Under the pieces are notes generated by a model. The model saw only the letters and a program-made list of their open reading frames with translations, did no database searches and was not told the origin of the DNA. Shown piece after piece: positions 1 through 10,675 of a DNA stretch of 64,000 nt (its first letter is position 1; each line of letters starts with the position of its first letter). The position numbers were made by a program, and so were the translations under genes. The DNA is from an uncultured Spirochaetota bacterium. GTDB lineage: Bacteria > Spirochaetota > Spirochaetia > SZUA-6 > Fen-1364. The stretch covers positions 128,001 to 192,000 of the forward strand of contig CAWAHW010000002.1 of the NCBI GenBank assembly GCA_963781885.1, written 5' to 3'.

Positions 1-65
1 AGCACGTTTTCACACATGAGATCGGCGATCTGCAGGTAGATGGCCTGATTCTCCCGGAACTCCAT
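1..65 (-). CDS. GntR (YtrA subfamily) transcriptional regulator, 5' part only (runs off window)
   Basis: Not in the ORF track. Reverse strand from ATG 65 reads MEFRENQAIYLQIADLMCENVL, with the typical GntR N-terminal 'IYxQI' motif. Starts 2 nt after the permease stop. Confidence 0.8.
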   Translation of the reverse strand, partial: MEFRENQAIYLQIADLMCENV

Positions 66-67
66 GG

Positions 68-919
68 CTACACCTCGGTCTCGCGCAGCCGGAAGTAGGT
101 GGCGAGCCACGCGGCGACGGGCAGCGCGTAACCGAGAACCGTTGCGATGGTCTTGAAGACCATGAGACGGGCGTACGCGACCGTGCCCGGTGCGAATATC
201 TGCATGAGGTCCCTGCCGTTTGCGCTGAGGCTCCACTTGCCCGCCTGCGGGTTGCCGGCCTGCACGGTGTTCCAGACGATGTGATTGGCGAACGCAAATC
301 GCCCGACGATGGAGAAGATCGCGGCAAGACCGGCGCCGAAGATCACGATCCACAGCGCCGTCTTCAGGAACGCGGTCTTTCTGAACCAGATCGAGCCAAG
401 CAGGAACACGGACTGCAGGAGCAGGTAGCGCAGGAGCATCGTGAGCGGCGCCGGGTCGAACGGATTCAACATGCCGTGGCCGAACCCGAATATCAGGCTG
501 TCGATGCCTTCGCTCACCGCGGCGACCGCGGTCATGAAGATGAGGCTTCCCACGCCGAAGCCCACCGACGTCATGAGCAGCTTGCTCAGGAGCTTCTCGA
601 AGGCCGATCCCGGCAGCGTCAGGTAGAAGATGCCGCCGCCGTTCTGCCCGACCTCGCGGAAGCTCAGAGAGGTGACGATGAAGCCGCCGAGGAAAAGGAG
701 ATTGATGAAGTAGCCCAGGTAGAAGCCCGAAGAAGTCGGACGCGAGCCCGGGCTCATGGTGACGACGCCCAGCGTCGTCAGCGCCGAGAGGACGATCACC
801 GCCCCTGCGACCGCTGCCATGGCGATCAGGAGGGCGCGATAGCTGCCCGCGAGCTCGCGCAGCATGAGCCTGCCGAAGCGCCGCGTGCTCCAGAAACCGT
901 TTCTCACACGTGCCTCCAC
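68..919 (-). CDS. ABC transporter membrane protein (YtrA-operon type)
   Basis: 283 aa with about 6 hydrophobic segments and 'YLTLPGSAFEKLLSKLL' permease motif; GTG start directly after the ATPase stop. Confidence 0.8.
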   Translation of the reverse strand: MEARVRNGFWSTRRFGRLMLRELAGSYRALLIAMAAVAGAVIVLSALTTLGVVTMSPGSRPTSSGFYLGYFINLLFLGGFIVTSLSFREVGQNGGGIFYLTLPGSAFEKLLSKLLMTSVGFGVGSLIFMTAVAAVSEGIDSLIFGFGHGMLNPFDPAPLTMLLRYLLLQSVFLLGSIWFRKTAFLKTALWIVIFGAGLAAIFSIVGRFAFANHIVWNTVQAGNPQAGKWSLSANGRDLMQIFAPGTVAYARLMVFKTIATVLGYALPVAAWLATYFRLRETEV

Positions 920-920
920 G

Positions 921-1772
921 TCATGCCCCCTTTCCCGCGGTGCGCGCGAAAAGCGCCTGCACCCTGTCCCTGCTTGTGGTCACCGCATTGAAGAGCGTCT
1001 CCAGGTCGAGATTGGTCTCCTCCCCGCCGGTGTTCTCCCGCACGACCACGTAGCCGCCCAGAGTCTTCTCCGCGTACAGCGCGCTGCCGTCCGTCGGCTC
1101 CTCCCTTTCGATCGTCGCCTTCATGCGCGCCGCCGCCTCCTGGAGCGGCTGCTGGAAGATGATCTTTCCCTGGTCGAGGATGATGATGGGATCGATGAGG
1201 TTTTCCATGTCACGGACCTGGTGCGTCGAGATCAGGATCACCTGGTCGGTGCCGCCCGCGCGCGCAAGGAGTCGGCGGAACTGGCTCTTCGACGGGATGT
1301 CCAGGCCGTTCGTCGGCTCGTCCATCAGGAGAATGCGGCAGCCCGATGCGAGCCCGAAGGCGAGCAGGAACTTCTTCTTCTGGCCGAAGGAGAGCTCGCT
1401 GAGCTTCTTCGTGGTGCCCAGCTCGAACTCCGCGGTGTATTCCAGGAAGGCGGCCTCGCTGAACCGGGGATAGAACGGGGCATACAGCTTCACGAATGAT
1501 GCCATCGGAATGGGCGGCACGTGCAGGTCTTCCGCGATGAAACAGATGTCCTCCAGGAGACGCGCCGGTCGCTGCGCGGGATCGAATCCCAGCACGTTGC
1601 AGGTGCCCGCCTGTGGCAGGCGCAGCCCGCAGATCAGCTTGAGCAGCGTCGTCTTGCCTGCCCCGTTCTTGCCAAGGAGGCCGTAGATATTCCCGGCCTG
1701 GAGCGAAAGCTCCAGTTCCTTGAACAGCTTCTGCCTCTTGTAACCAAACGACATGTTCTTGATTTCGATCAC
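921..1772 (-). CDS. ABC transporter ATP-binding protein
   Basis: Walker A GKNGAGKT, signature LSFGQKK, Walker B LLMDE, H-loop ISTH; SD GAGGAGG upstream of GTG. Confidence 0.93.
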   Translation of the reverse strand: MIEIKNMSFGYKRQKLFKELELSLQAGNIYGLLGKNGAGKTTLLKLICGLRLPQAGTCNVLGFDPAQRPARLLEDICFIAEDLHVPPIPMASFVKLYAPFYPRFSEAAFLEYTAEFELGTTKKLSELSFGQKKKFLLAFGLASGCRILLMDEPTNGLDIPSKSQFRRLLARAGGTDQVILISTHQVRDMENLIDPIIILDQGKIIFQQPLQEAAARMKATIEREEPTDGSALYAEKTLGGYVVVRENTGGEETNLDLETLFNAVTTSRDRVQALFARTAGKGA

Positions 1773-1788
1773 GTATATCCTCCTCTTA

Positions 1789-1810
1789 GTGATCTACTAA
1801 ACTAATACAC
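1789..1810. promoter_or_regulatory. Putative YtrA-type GntR operator
   Basis: GTGATCTA-N6-TAATACAC imperfect inverted repeat just upstream of the SD; same half-site and spacing as the element at 26705-26728. Confidence 0.6.
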
Positions 1811-1924
1811 CAAATATCTAACACTCAAAGTCGACTTTGTCAACACCTTTTTCAAGCTTTCCGGCGGTATTTCTTGACATCCTGGGAAAACCCGCATACC
1901 TCATTGCATGAGGGGGAAGCCGCC

Positions 1925-2863
1925 ATGGACAAGAGGGAGCTCATGCTGACGCTCGCCGCGGGAAAGACGACAAGCCCGGTGCCTGCGGCCTTCTTTCTCC
2001 ACTTCGACGAAGCCCACCACCGCGGGCAGGCCGCCGTGGACCGACATCTCGAGTATTTCCGCGCAACCGGCATGGATTTCGTGAAGATACAGTACGAACA
2101 TCCCTTCCCGGAAATGCCGCAGATCGTGCATCCCCGCGATTGGGCACGGACCCCTGTGCTCACGGATGACTACTTTGCCCCGCCGCTGGAGGTGGTGGCA
2201 GGCATCGTCAAATCCATAAAGAAGGAAGCACTTGTCATCGTCACGCTGTATTCCGCCCTCATGCATGCCGCGCATGCCGTGGGGAGGAATCTGATCACCG
2301 CGCACCTGGACGAGGATCCAGCGGCCACGGCAAAGGGGCTCGACAGGATCGCCGACAGCATCCTCGTTTTCGTCCGCGGCTGCGTGAAAGCAGGGGTGGA
2401 CGGGTTCTACATGTCCACGCAGGGCGGCGAGGCGGGACGCTTCAAGGATCCCACTGTCTTCGACAGGGCGATACGGCCGAGCGACCTGCGCGTCATGAAC
2501 GAGGCCATGCGCACGTGCCCTTTCAACATCCTCCACGTCTGTGACTACAATGGGGTGTACGCGGACCTTGCGCCGTACGTCGACTACCCCGGCCAGATCG
2601 TGAACTGCGGCACGCAGCTCCGCAGCGGGCCAATCGCTCCGGCCGAAATCGCACGCCTGTTCAAGAGACCCTTCATGGGCGGCATGGACCGGCACGGCGT
2701 TATTGTCACGGGATCGCGCGACGAAATTCAGCGGGAGGTGCGGGGCGTGATCGACGCGGCGCCTCCGCTTTTCGCGCTTGGCGCGGACTGCACGGTCCCT
2801 TCCGACCTCCCGCTGGACAACCTCCGCGCGGCCATCGATGCCGCTCACAATTCCCCGCGCTGA
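1925..2863 (+). CDS. Uroporphyrinogen decarboxylase / MtaA-like (URO-D) family protein
   Basis: 'NILHVCD', 'FMGGMD', 'FALGADCTVP' URO-D family motifs; ATG 1925 follows GGGGGAAG. Confidence 0.8.
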   Translation: MDKRELMLTLAAGKTTSPVPAAFFLHFDEAHHRGQAAVDRHLEYFRATGMDFVKIQYEHPFPEMPQIVHPRDWARTPVLTDDYFAPPLEVVAGIVKSIKKEALVIVTLYSALMHAAHAVGRNLITAHLDEDPAATAKGLDRIADSILVFVRGCVKAGVDGFYMSTQGGEAGRFKDPTVFDRAIRPSDLRVMNEAMRTCPFNILHVCDYNGVYADLAPYVDYPGQIVNCGTQLRSGPIAPAEIARLFKRPFMGGMDRHGVIVTGSRDEIQREVRGVIDAAPPLFALGADCTVPSDLPLDNLRAAIDAAHNSPR

Positions 2864-2880
2864 GACTGTTTTCTTTCGGT

Positions 2881-2909
2881 TGGACAGCCTTTCCCATTGG
2901 GTTTACAAT
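2881..2909 (+). promoter_or_regulatory. sigma70-type promoter, probably leaderless ygfK transcript
   Basis: TGGACA-N17-TACAAT ending 8 nt before ATG 2918; no SD. Confidence 0.55.
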
Positions 2910-2917
2910 CTCCCCAT

Positions 2918-5900
2918 ATGGGCGACCGCATGCGCCCCGTCCCATTCCGGGAGCTCGTGCTCCGCTGCCTGGCGGAGTATCGGGCGGCGGGGTCTCTTTT
3001 CGACGTTCCCACGTCTCACTTCTGGCGCTCCCAGGCCGGGGCGACGGCGAGCATCTTCTCTTCGGGTGCCGCCAACCCGGTCGGCCCCGCGGCAGGTCCC
3101 CACACGCAGCTTGCCCAGAACATCGTCGCCGCATGGTGCGCGGGGGGCCGTTACATCGAGCTCAAGACGGTGCAGAAGATGGACGCGCTCTCCATCGACA
3201 AGCCCTGCATCGATGCCGTCGACGAGGGCTACAACGTTGAATGGTCCACGGAGCTCAGCCTGGATGCCGCCTACGACGAGTACCTGAAGGCCTGGATGCT
3301 TCTGCATTTCCTGGAGACCCTGCTCGGACTTTCGGGGCCAGGCACGGGTGCCGGCTCATTTCTCTTCAACATGAGCGTCGGTTATGACCTGGCGGGTATA
3401 CGCGCCGAAGCGATGGATCGCATCATCAACCGGCTCACGGATTCGTCGCGCGACCCGCTTTTCACCCGCTACCGGGATGAGCTTGCGGGGATCGTCGGCG
3501 ATGCCGGACATTTCTCCGGCACCGGCGGTGAGTCCCGCATGGATGCCCTCCGCGGCCTGCCGTCCCGCATCCCGTCGCGCATCTGCACGTCGGTGACCTT
3601 GTCCACGATGCACGGCTGCCCCCCGGGGGAGATCGAATCCATCTGCGCGTACATGCTGACGGAGAAGCGGCTCGATACGCTGGTGAAGCTGAACCCGACG
3701 CTGCTGGGATTCGATCGCGCGCGGTCGCTGTTGGACGGCATGGGGTACGGCTACGTGCAGCTCAGGCCGGAGGGTTTCCAGAAGGATCTCCAATACACGG
3801 ACGCCCTTCCCATGCTCACCCGTCTCATGGCCGTTGGAAAAAAGGAGGGGCGGCACTTCGGCGCAAAGCTTTCCAACACGCTTGCGGCCGTGAATACCGC
3901 GGGCCGTCTTCCCGGCGGAGAGATGTACATGTCGGGACGGGCGCTGTACCCGCTCACCATGAGCCTTGCCGCGACGCTCGCGGCTGATTTCAAGGGCGGT
4001 CTTCCCCTCTCGTTCTCCGGTGGCGCCTCGGCGTGGAATCTCGCCGCCATTCTCGATGCCGGCATCCGTCCCGTCACCGTTGCAACGGAGCTCCTGAAGC
4101 CGGGCGGCTACGGGCGCATGAAGGAGCTCGCGGAGATCGCCGAGGCCCATCGCGCATCCTGGACGCTCGCGCGGGTCGACGTCGACAAGACGCGCGCGGC
4201 CGCGGAGCAGGCGCGTCTGTCCCCTGCCGCCCAGAAGGATTTCCGCGGCACGGCGCGCGTCTCGGTGCCTGGCAGCCTGCCTCTCTTCGACTGCTTCGTC
4301 GCGCCGTGCGTGGAGGCCTGCCCGATACACCAGGACGTTCCCGAATACGTGCATCTTGCCGGGGTGGGCCGATACGCGGAGGCTCTGGACGTCGTCTGCG
4401 CCCGCAATCCGCTCCCCTTCATGACGGGTTACCTCTGCGACCACCAGTGCATGCAGAACTGCACGCGCATGGACTGGGAAGGAGCGGTGCGCATCCGCGA
4501 CATGAAGAGGATCTCCGCCGAGCGCGGGTATGCGAAGTTCCGGCGCGCACGGAAGGCCAGCCTTCGCGCGGCAAAGCCGCGCGGAGAAAAGATCGCGGTG
4601 GTCGGCGCGGGTCCCGCGGGTATTGCCGCCGCATCGTTGCTGTGCGCGGAGGGCTTCGAGGTCCATGTCTTCGAGCGGGAGGAGGAGGCGGGCGGAATCG
4701 TGCGCTGGCTGCTGCCCGGTTTCAGGATCCCGGCGGGCGCAGTGGAAAAAGACGTCCAGCTGCTTGAGGACCAGGGCGCCCATCTGCATTTCGGGCATGC
4801 CGACCAGACCATTACCGCGCTCCGGACGCAGGGGTTCTCCACCATCCTCGTGGGCACCGGCGCCGAGGCGGACAGGGACATCGGGATCACCGGGGCGCGC
4901 GAGGTGCTCGGGTTCCTCCGCGAGTTCCGGCAGAACCCCCGCGGCCCGAGGCTGGGGCGCAACGTGGTTGTCGTGGGCGCGGGGGACACGGCGATGGACG
5001 CGGCCCGCGCCGCGAGCAGGTGCCCGGGCGTCGGGCAGGTCAGGATCGTCTACCGCCGAAGCATCACCGAGATGCCGGCATCCCGCGAAGAATACGAATC
5101 CGCCCTTGCGGAAGGGGTTGCCTTCAGCTTCCTCCGTTCCCCCGAGAGGTGGAATCAGGGCGTGGGGCTCACGTGCCGCGTGATGGAGCTGGGTCCTGCC
5201 GACGAAACGGGAAGACGCCGCCCCGTGCCGACGGACCGCACCGAGACATTTGACTCCGACGAGGTGATCACCGCGGCAGGGGCCGAGGTGGATCATGCCG
5301 CCATGGGGCGGCTGGGTCTTGATAGTCAGGATCGGAAGATCGATGCGCAGACACAGGAGACCGCGAAGCCCGGCGTCTTCCTGATCGGTGACGCGGCAGC
5401 GGGAGCGGAGACGATCGTGAAGGCGATCGCCTCGGCGCGCAGGGCGGTGGATGCCGTCGTGGCGGCAGAGGCCGCGCGACAGGGAGGCGCATCAGCTACG
5501 CACCGGGCATCGGCCTTGCCGTTGCCCGCGGAGGACACCCGCGCCCTGCGCGCAGCGCGCGATCGCCTGGTGCCGGCATCCCCTGCCGGTACCGCGGACG
5601 CGGCCATGGCGCGGACGGAATCCGCGCGATGCCTGGGCTGCCGGGCGCTCTGCATGAAGTGCGTGGAGGTCTGTCCCAACAGGGCGAACACCCTGGTCGG
5701 CGTGACGGACGGCTTTCGCGACGAGGCACAGATCGTGCACATCGATGCCTTCTGCAACGAGTGCGGCAACTGCGCCACGTTCTGCCCCTGGGAGGGCAGG
5801 CCATACCGGGACAAGCTCACGGTTTTTGCCACGGAGGAAGACTTCCGCGATTCGACGAACCCGGGATTCTTTCTCGTGCACGGGAAGGGACAGGTGAGGC

Positions 5901-6031
5901 TGGCCGGGCAGGTGGGAGCTCTGGCGGTGGACGAAAAGGGCGAGGTCGTCACCGAGGTGGAGCGGCCCGCACGCGCGCTCATCCGCGCCATCGTGCGCGA
6001 CCACGCGTGGCTGATCGGAGGCGTCTCATGA
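2918..6031 (+). CDS. ygfK: YgfK-type Fe-S flavo-oxidoreductase ('putative selenate reductase subunit'; anaerobic purine catabolism)
   Basis: N-terminal MGDRMRPVPF, 'GPAAGPHTQLAQNI', 'TLSTMHGCPP', two GxGxxG Rossmann motifs, C-terminal CxxCxxxCP ferredoxin motifs; followed by ssnA. Confidence 0.92.
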   Translation: MGDRMRPVPFRELVLRCLAEYRAAGSLFDVPTSHFWRSQAGATASIFSSGAANPVGPAAGPHTQLAQNIVAAWCAGGRYIELKTVQKMDALSIDKPCIDAVDEGYNVEWSTELSLDAAYDEYLKAWMLLHFLETLLGLSGPGTGAGSFLFNMSVGYDLAGIRAEAMDRIINRLTDSSRDPLFTRYRDELAGIVGDAGHFSGTGGESRMDALRGLPSRIPSRICTSVTLSTMHGCPPGEIESICAYMLTEKRLDTLVKLNPTLLGFDRARSLLDGMGYGYVQLRPEGFQKDLQYTDALPMLTRLMAVGKKEGRHFGAKLSNTLAAVNTAGRLPGGEMYMSGRALYPLTMSLAATLAADFKGGLPLSFSGGASAWNLAAILDAGIRPVTVATELLKPGGYGRMKELAEIAEAHRASWTLARVDVDKTRAAAEQARLSPAAQKDFRGTARVSVPGSLPLFDCFVAPCVEACPIHQDVPEYVHLAGVGRYAEALDVVCARNPLPFMTGYLCDHQCMQNCTRMDWEGAVRIRDMKRISAERGYAKFRRARKASLRAAKPRGEKIAVVGAGPAGIAAASLLCAEGFEVHVFEREEEAGGIVRWLLPGFRIPAGAVEKDVQLLEDQGAHLHFGHADQTITALRTQGFSTILVGTGAEADRDIGITGAREVLGFLREFRQNPRGPRLGRNVVVVGAGDTAMDAARAASRCPGVGQVRIVYRRSITEMPASREEYESALAEGVAFSFLRSPERWNQGVGLTCRVMELGPADETGRRRPVPTDRTETFDSDEVITAAGAEVDHAAMGRLGLDSQDRKIDAQTQETAKPGVFLIGDAAAGAETIVKAIASARRAVDAVVAAEAARQGGASATHRASALPLPAEDTRALRAARDRLVPASPAGTADAAMARTESARCLGCRALCMKCVEVCPNRANTLVGVTDGFRDEAQIVHIDAFCNECGNCATFCPWEGRPYRDKLTVFATEEDFRDSTNPGFFLVHGKGQVRLAGQVGALAVDEKGEVVTEVERPARALIRAIVRDHAWLIGGVS

Positions 6032-7350
6032 TCGTCCTGCGAAATGCAACGGTTGCGCACCTGCACCCGGCGGAGGTGAGTCCGGGCGTGGACGTCGTGA
6101 TCGACGGCACCGAGATTCAATCCGTCGGCCGGGGGGCGGCAGAAGGGGTCAAGGCGGAACGCAGCATCGACCTTGCCGGAAGACTCCTGATGCCCGGCTT
6201 CGTCTGCGGCCACGACCACTTCTACTCGGGTCTCTCCCGCGGCATCATGGCGCAGATCGCTCCATGCCCCAACTTCGTCTCCACGCTCCAGAATCTCTGG
6301 TGGAAGCTCGACGCGGCCCTGGATGCGGAAGCCGTCCGCCTGAGCGGCCTTGTCTGCGCGATGGAGGCGGTGAAGGCCGGCTGCACGGCGGTCATCGATC
6401 ACCACGCCTCGCCGTCGTGCATCGAGGGCTCCCTTTCCCTGCTCAAGGAAGGATTCGAGAAGGTCGGGTTGCGCGGCGTCCTCTGCTACGAGACGACGGA
6501 CAGGAACGGTCGCGATGGGGCGCGCAAGGGCGCGGAGGAGAACCGCCGGTTCGCCCGGCTCGTGGAGGCGGAAAAGACCACGCGCGGCAAGCTGCGCCTG
6601 GTGGAGGCCATGATCGGCGGCCACGCGCCCTTCACGCTCTCCGACGACGACTGCGCGGCTCTTGCCGACGTGGTGAAGGACACGCATCGCGGCTTTCACG
6701 TGCACGTGGCGGAGGACAGCTTCGATCCCTCGTGGTCCCACCGTACGCATGGCAGGGACCCGCTGCGCCGGCTCGACGATTTCGGGCTCGTGACGGAAGG
6801 CTCGCTCATCGCGCACGGCCTGTACTTGAGCGGCGAAGACCGGGACATCCTCAACGGCCGGGGCGCCTGGCTCGCGCACAACAGCCGTTCGAACATGAAC
6901 AATCACGTCGGCTACAACGGGGAGCTTCCCCACGTGAAGAACGTGGTTCTCGGCACCGACGGCATCGGCTCCGACATGCTCCTGGAGGCGAAGTTCGCCT
7001 ACTTCCGCCACCGGGACGCAGGCGGTCCGCTGGGCCCGGGCGCATTCATGCGCTTTCTCCAGGCCGGCAACGAGCTCCTCCATCGCAGCTTCGGGGAGAG
7101 CTTCGGGCGCGTGGAGAAGGGGTACAAGGCGGACCTCGTGATCCTGGACTACGACCCGCCGACGCCATTCGTGCGGGAGAATGTCGCGGGGCACGTCATT
7201 TTCGGCATGGGCTCCCGGGACGTCGATACCGTGATCGTCAACGGGAAGATCGTGATGGAAAGCCGCGTCTTCCGCATGGACGCATCGTCACTGTACGCGG
7301 AGGCTCAGACAGCCGCCCGTGCGCTCTGGCAAAGGATGGACAAGATATGA
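6028..7350 (+). CDS. ssnA: SsnA-type amidohydrolase
   Basis: HxH 'GHDHFYSGLSRG', 'IDHHASP', 'HVHVAE', 'SNMNNHVG', 'LGTDGIG'; ATGA overlap with ygfK. Confidence 0.9.
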   Translation: MIVLRNATVAHLHPAEVSPGVDVVIDGTEIQSVGRGAAEGVKAERSIDLAGRLLMPGFVCGHDHFYSGLSRGIMAQIAPCPNFVSTLQNLWWKLDAALDAEAVRLSGLVCAMEAVKAGCTAVIDHHASPSCIEGSLSLLKEGFEKVGLRGVLCYETTDRNGRDGARKGAEENRRFARLVEAEKTTRGKLRLVEAMIGGHAPFTLSDDDCAALADVVKDTHRGFHVHVAEDSFDPSWSHRTHGRDPLRRLDDFGLVTEGSLIAHGLYLSGEDRDILNGRGAWLAHNSRSNMNNHVGYNGELPHVKNVVLGTDGIGSDMLLEAKFAYFRHRDAGGPLGPGAFMRFLQAGNELLHRSFGESFGRVEKGYKADLVILDYDPPTPFVRENVAGHVIFGMGSRDVDTVIVNGKIVMESRVFRMDASSLYAEAQTAARALWQRMDKI

Positions 7351-8970
7351 TTCCCGTCGAGGCCCGCATGGAGTCGTCCTCACGTCTCACGCTTCCGGGA
7401 GTGCTCGCGCGCAGTACGCGCGCCTTTGCCCGCCGGCCCGCGCTGGGCATGCTCGGTGCGGCGCCGCTCACCTATGGCGAGCTCGGCGCGCGGGTGCGGG
7501 GCACCGCATCGCTCCTGCGCGGGCACGGCATCCGTCCCGGAGACCGCGTCGCCATCCTCTCGGAGAACATGCCGCAGTGGGGCATCGCCTACTTCGCCAT
7601 CGCCTCCCTGGGGGCGGTGGTCGTCCCCGTCATGACCGAGTTCACCGAGGGACAGATTCAGCACATCCTCGATCACGCAGGGTGCGCCGCCGTCTTCGTC
7701 TCCCGCAAGCTGCGGCCGAAGCTCGGGGACGCGCCCCGCCTGCAGCTTCCGATCGAGCCTCTTGCCGGGCTGGCGGATGCGCGCGTTGTCCTTCCCCTGG
7801 TGGAGCCCGATGACCTTGCGGCGGTCATCTATACGTCCGGCACGACGGGGCACTCCAAGGGCGTCATGCTCACGCATCGCAACATCGTCTTCGACGCAGA
7901 GGCCACGCGCCATCTCGTCGACGTCACGCACCGCGACAGGATCCTTTCCATCCTCACCCTCGCCCACACCTACGAGTGCACGCTGGGTCTCGTCACAATC
8001 GTGAGCTGCGGGGCCTTTATCACCTATCTCGACCGGCCGCCGTCGGCGAGCGCGCTCCTGCCCGGCCCTCGCGTCCGTGCGTCCCACCATCGTGCTGTCC
8101 GTTCCCCTCGTCGTGGAGAAGATCTATCGCTCGGGCATCCTTCCCGAGCTGGAGAAGAGGTCCCTCTACCACGTGCCCCTGCTGTGGCGGGTCGTCGTCC
8201 TCCTGGCGGGCTGGAAGCTGCGGAAAACATTCGGCGGCAGGATCAAGATACTCGCCATCGGCGGCGCGGCGCTGGCGCCCGACGTCGAGCGCTTCCTCCA
8301 CCAGGCGATGTTCCCGTACGCAATCGGGTACGGTCTCACGGAGACCTCGCCGCTCGTCGCGGGCGCTCCCCCGTTCACTACCCGGCCAAGGTCCACGGGC
8401 ACCGTGCTCCCCGGCATCGAGGTGCGCATCTCCGATGTGCGGCCCGGTACGCGCGAAGGAGAGATACAGGTGAAGGGCCCCACCGTGATGAAGGGCTACT
8501 ATCGCAACCCTGACGCCACCGCGCAGGCATTCACGCCGGACGGCTGGCTGCGCACGGGGGACCTGGGCGAGTTCGACGCGCATGGGCACCTCTACATCCG
8601 CGGCCGGTCGAAGACCATGATCCTCGGCGCGTCGGGAGAGAACATCTATCCCGAGGAGATCGAGGCGGTGCTCAACCAGTCGCCGATGGTCGATGAATCG
8701 CTCGTCTACGGCGATTCGGGGGGTGTCGCCGCGCTCGTCGCGCTGAAGCCCGACGTGCTGGCCTCGCTTGTCGGCGCCGTCCAGGAGGGCATGGCCCGGG
8801 CGGAGCATGCCGCCGCGGAGCTCCTGGAGCGGATCAGGAAGGAAGTCAACACCCAGCTTGCCGCTTTCAGCCGTCTTTCCCGCGTGGAGCTGCAGCGCGA
8901 GCCGTTCGAAAAGACGCCGTCGCAGAAGATCAAGAGATTCCTCTACCCGCGGACGCCTCCGGCGGAATAG
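7347..8970 (+). CDS. Long-chain fatty acid-CoA ligase (AMP-binding), frameshift near 8062
   Basis: AMP motif YTSGTTGHSKG in the first frame; GYGLTET, RTGDLG and NIYPEEIE in the second frame. One extra base joins them (probable assembly indel). Confidence 0.85.
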
Positions 8971-9119
8971 AGCCCGGGCGCATCATGCGCGCACCTCACG
9001 CGTGAGACGGGGGCGGGGGGATTTCGGCCCGGCAGTGCGGGCTCCGGGCGACCTCTTTTTCATCCGTCAGCACCTCGGCATGATCGACGGATCGCGTTTC
9101 CGTATGGTACTATTTCGGC

Positions 9120-9521
9120 ATGGATGACGTGCGATGGATGCAACGTTTTTCCAATTACCGCAAGGCGGTCACCAACCTCGACGCGGCATTGCGCCAGGAA
9201 TCATACAATGATCTCGAGCTGCAGGGATTGATAAAGGGATTCGAGCTTTGCTACGAACTGGCGTGGAAAACGCTGCAGGACCTTCTCAGAGAACGCGGTT
9301 ACGACGATATCGCCGGTCCCAAGCCGGCCATACGTCAGGCATTCAAGGACGGACTGATCGGCGACGGAGAGATCTGGCAGGCCATCCACGAAGCGCGAAA
9401 TCTCGCCGCGCACACATATGACCTGGACCAGGCGCGGCGTCTTGCCGTGGAGATCAGAAGCTCATACGCGCGGGCATTCAGAGAGCTGCGCGATCGGCTC
9501 GAGATGAAAGCCGTCGAATGA
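9120..9521 (+). CDS. HEPN-domain toxin (nucleotidyltransferase substrate-binding protein, HI0074 family)
   Basis: 'GLIKGFELCYELAWKTLQD' family motif and HEPN Rx4H motif RNLAAH. Confidence 0.88.
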   Translation: MDDVRWMQRFSNYRKAVTNLDAALRQESYNDLELQGLIKGFELCYELAWKTLQDLLRERGYDDIAGPKPAIRQAFKDGLIGDGEIWQAIHEARNLAAHTYDLDQARRLAVEIRSSYARAFRELRDRLEMKAVE

Positions 9522-9823
9522 CGAAGGGCGGGTTCACGGAGGAACGGTGGCTCGCCATCGCGCGGCTGGTCGCGTCAATAAAGCCCTGCCAGCGAATCAT
9601 CGTCTTCGGCTCACGGGCCAAGGGAGTCTGGCGTGAAGGCTCCGATGTGGATCTCGCAGTATGGGGCCCGTCGTGGGATCCCCTGGATGCCGAGCACGCG
9701 CGGGACTTGTTGGAGGAGCGCTGCTTTCCCTGGAGCTTCGACGTGATTCTTCCCGAGCACGTGAAGGAGAGGCAGTTGTTCGAGCACATCCAGCGCGTCG
9801 GGTTCGAGATATCCGCTGGGTGA
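9518..9823 (+). CDS. Minimal nucleotidyltransferase (MNT) antitoxin
   Basis: 'FGSRAKG...SDVDL' GS-x10-DxD motif; ATGA overlap with the HEPN gene. Confidence 0.88.
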   Translation: MTKGGFTEERWLAIARLVASIKPCQRIIVFGSRAKGVWREGSDVDLAVWGPSWDPLDAEHARDLLEERCFPWSFDVILPEHVKERQLFEHIQRVGFEISAG

Positions 9824-9871
9824 TAGGGTTGGAACTCGCTCAGGTCTGCTCTTCGGACCTTTTCGTTTGCC

Positions 9872-10508
9872 TCACGCCTTGTCGGATCGGCGTCGCGCGC
9901 GCACGTCCAGCCGCTCCGCGCGCTGGCGGAAGCGCAGCCAGCGGCGCATGCCGCGCTCCACCAGCAGCATCATGTCCTCCGCGAGGTCCGTGGAATCCTC
10001 CGCGCCCGACGCAAGGGAGACGGCGGTGAAGACCGCCATGAGCATGCGCCGGGGGTCCTTGAAAAGCCCGGTGCGGAATGCGCCTGTCCGGGTGCCCTCG
10101 TCGAGTATGTCCGTGAGCAGCGCGCGCACGTGCGCAAAGAGGGTGGCGCCCTTTTGCACGCGCTCCTCCGCGCCCGGGTAGAGGAAGCGTCTCTCTCCAC
10201 CGTAAAGACCGCGCAGGATGGCGCTGGCCCGCAGCGTGAGATTGGTCCAGCGGAAAAGCGCCTTCAGCCGGTAGGCGGGCGAGCGGAGGCTTGTGACCCG
10301 GCCGGCTGATTTCCTTTGCGGCCCTCTCCTCGATCTGGTCCACGACGGAGGAGTAGAAGGTTTCCTTGCTGGGGAAGTAGGTGTAGAAGCTCCCCATGCC
10401 GAGCCCGGCGGCGCTCGTGATGTCGCGGATGCTCACGCTTCGGTAGCCGCTCTGGCCGAAGAGCCTCTCTCCGACAGAAAGAAGCAAACGCCTGCGGTTT
10501 CTCTCCAT
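9872..10508 (-). CDS. TetR family regulator, frameshift near 10301
   Basis: HTH 'FGQSGYRSVSIRDITSAAGLGMGSFYTYFPSKE'; C-terminal domain continues in another frame to the stop at 9872. Confidence 0.8.
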
Positions 10509-10675
10509 GTACACTCCCCCGGATTTGCGGCACGAATATCCGGTTTCAAGGGGGATTCAGTCGCCCGCCGATCGTCAGGCGTGGAGAAATCCCCCGAAAA
10601 ACCCCCTGTTTGGCGCTTCCGCGCGCGCCGCAGGTTGACATGCCCGCCAGAAGCACGGTTTTCTCTTTCCAGAGT

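Noticed and set aside
921-1810. First ABC operon being an orphan regulated in trans by the GntR at 26684
   Set aside because: It has its own GntR starting at position 65 on the minus strand.
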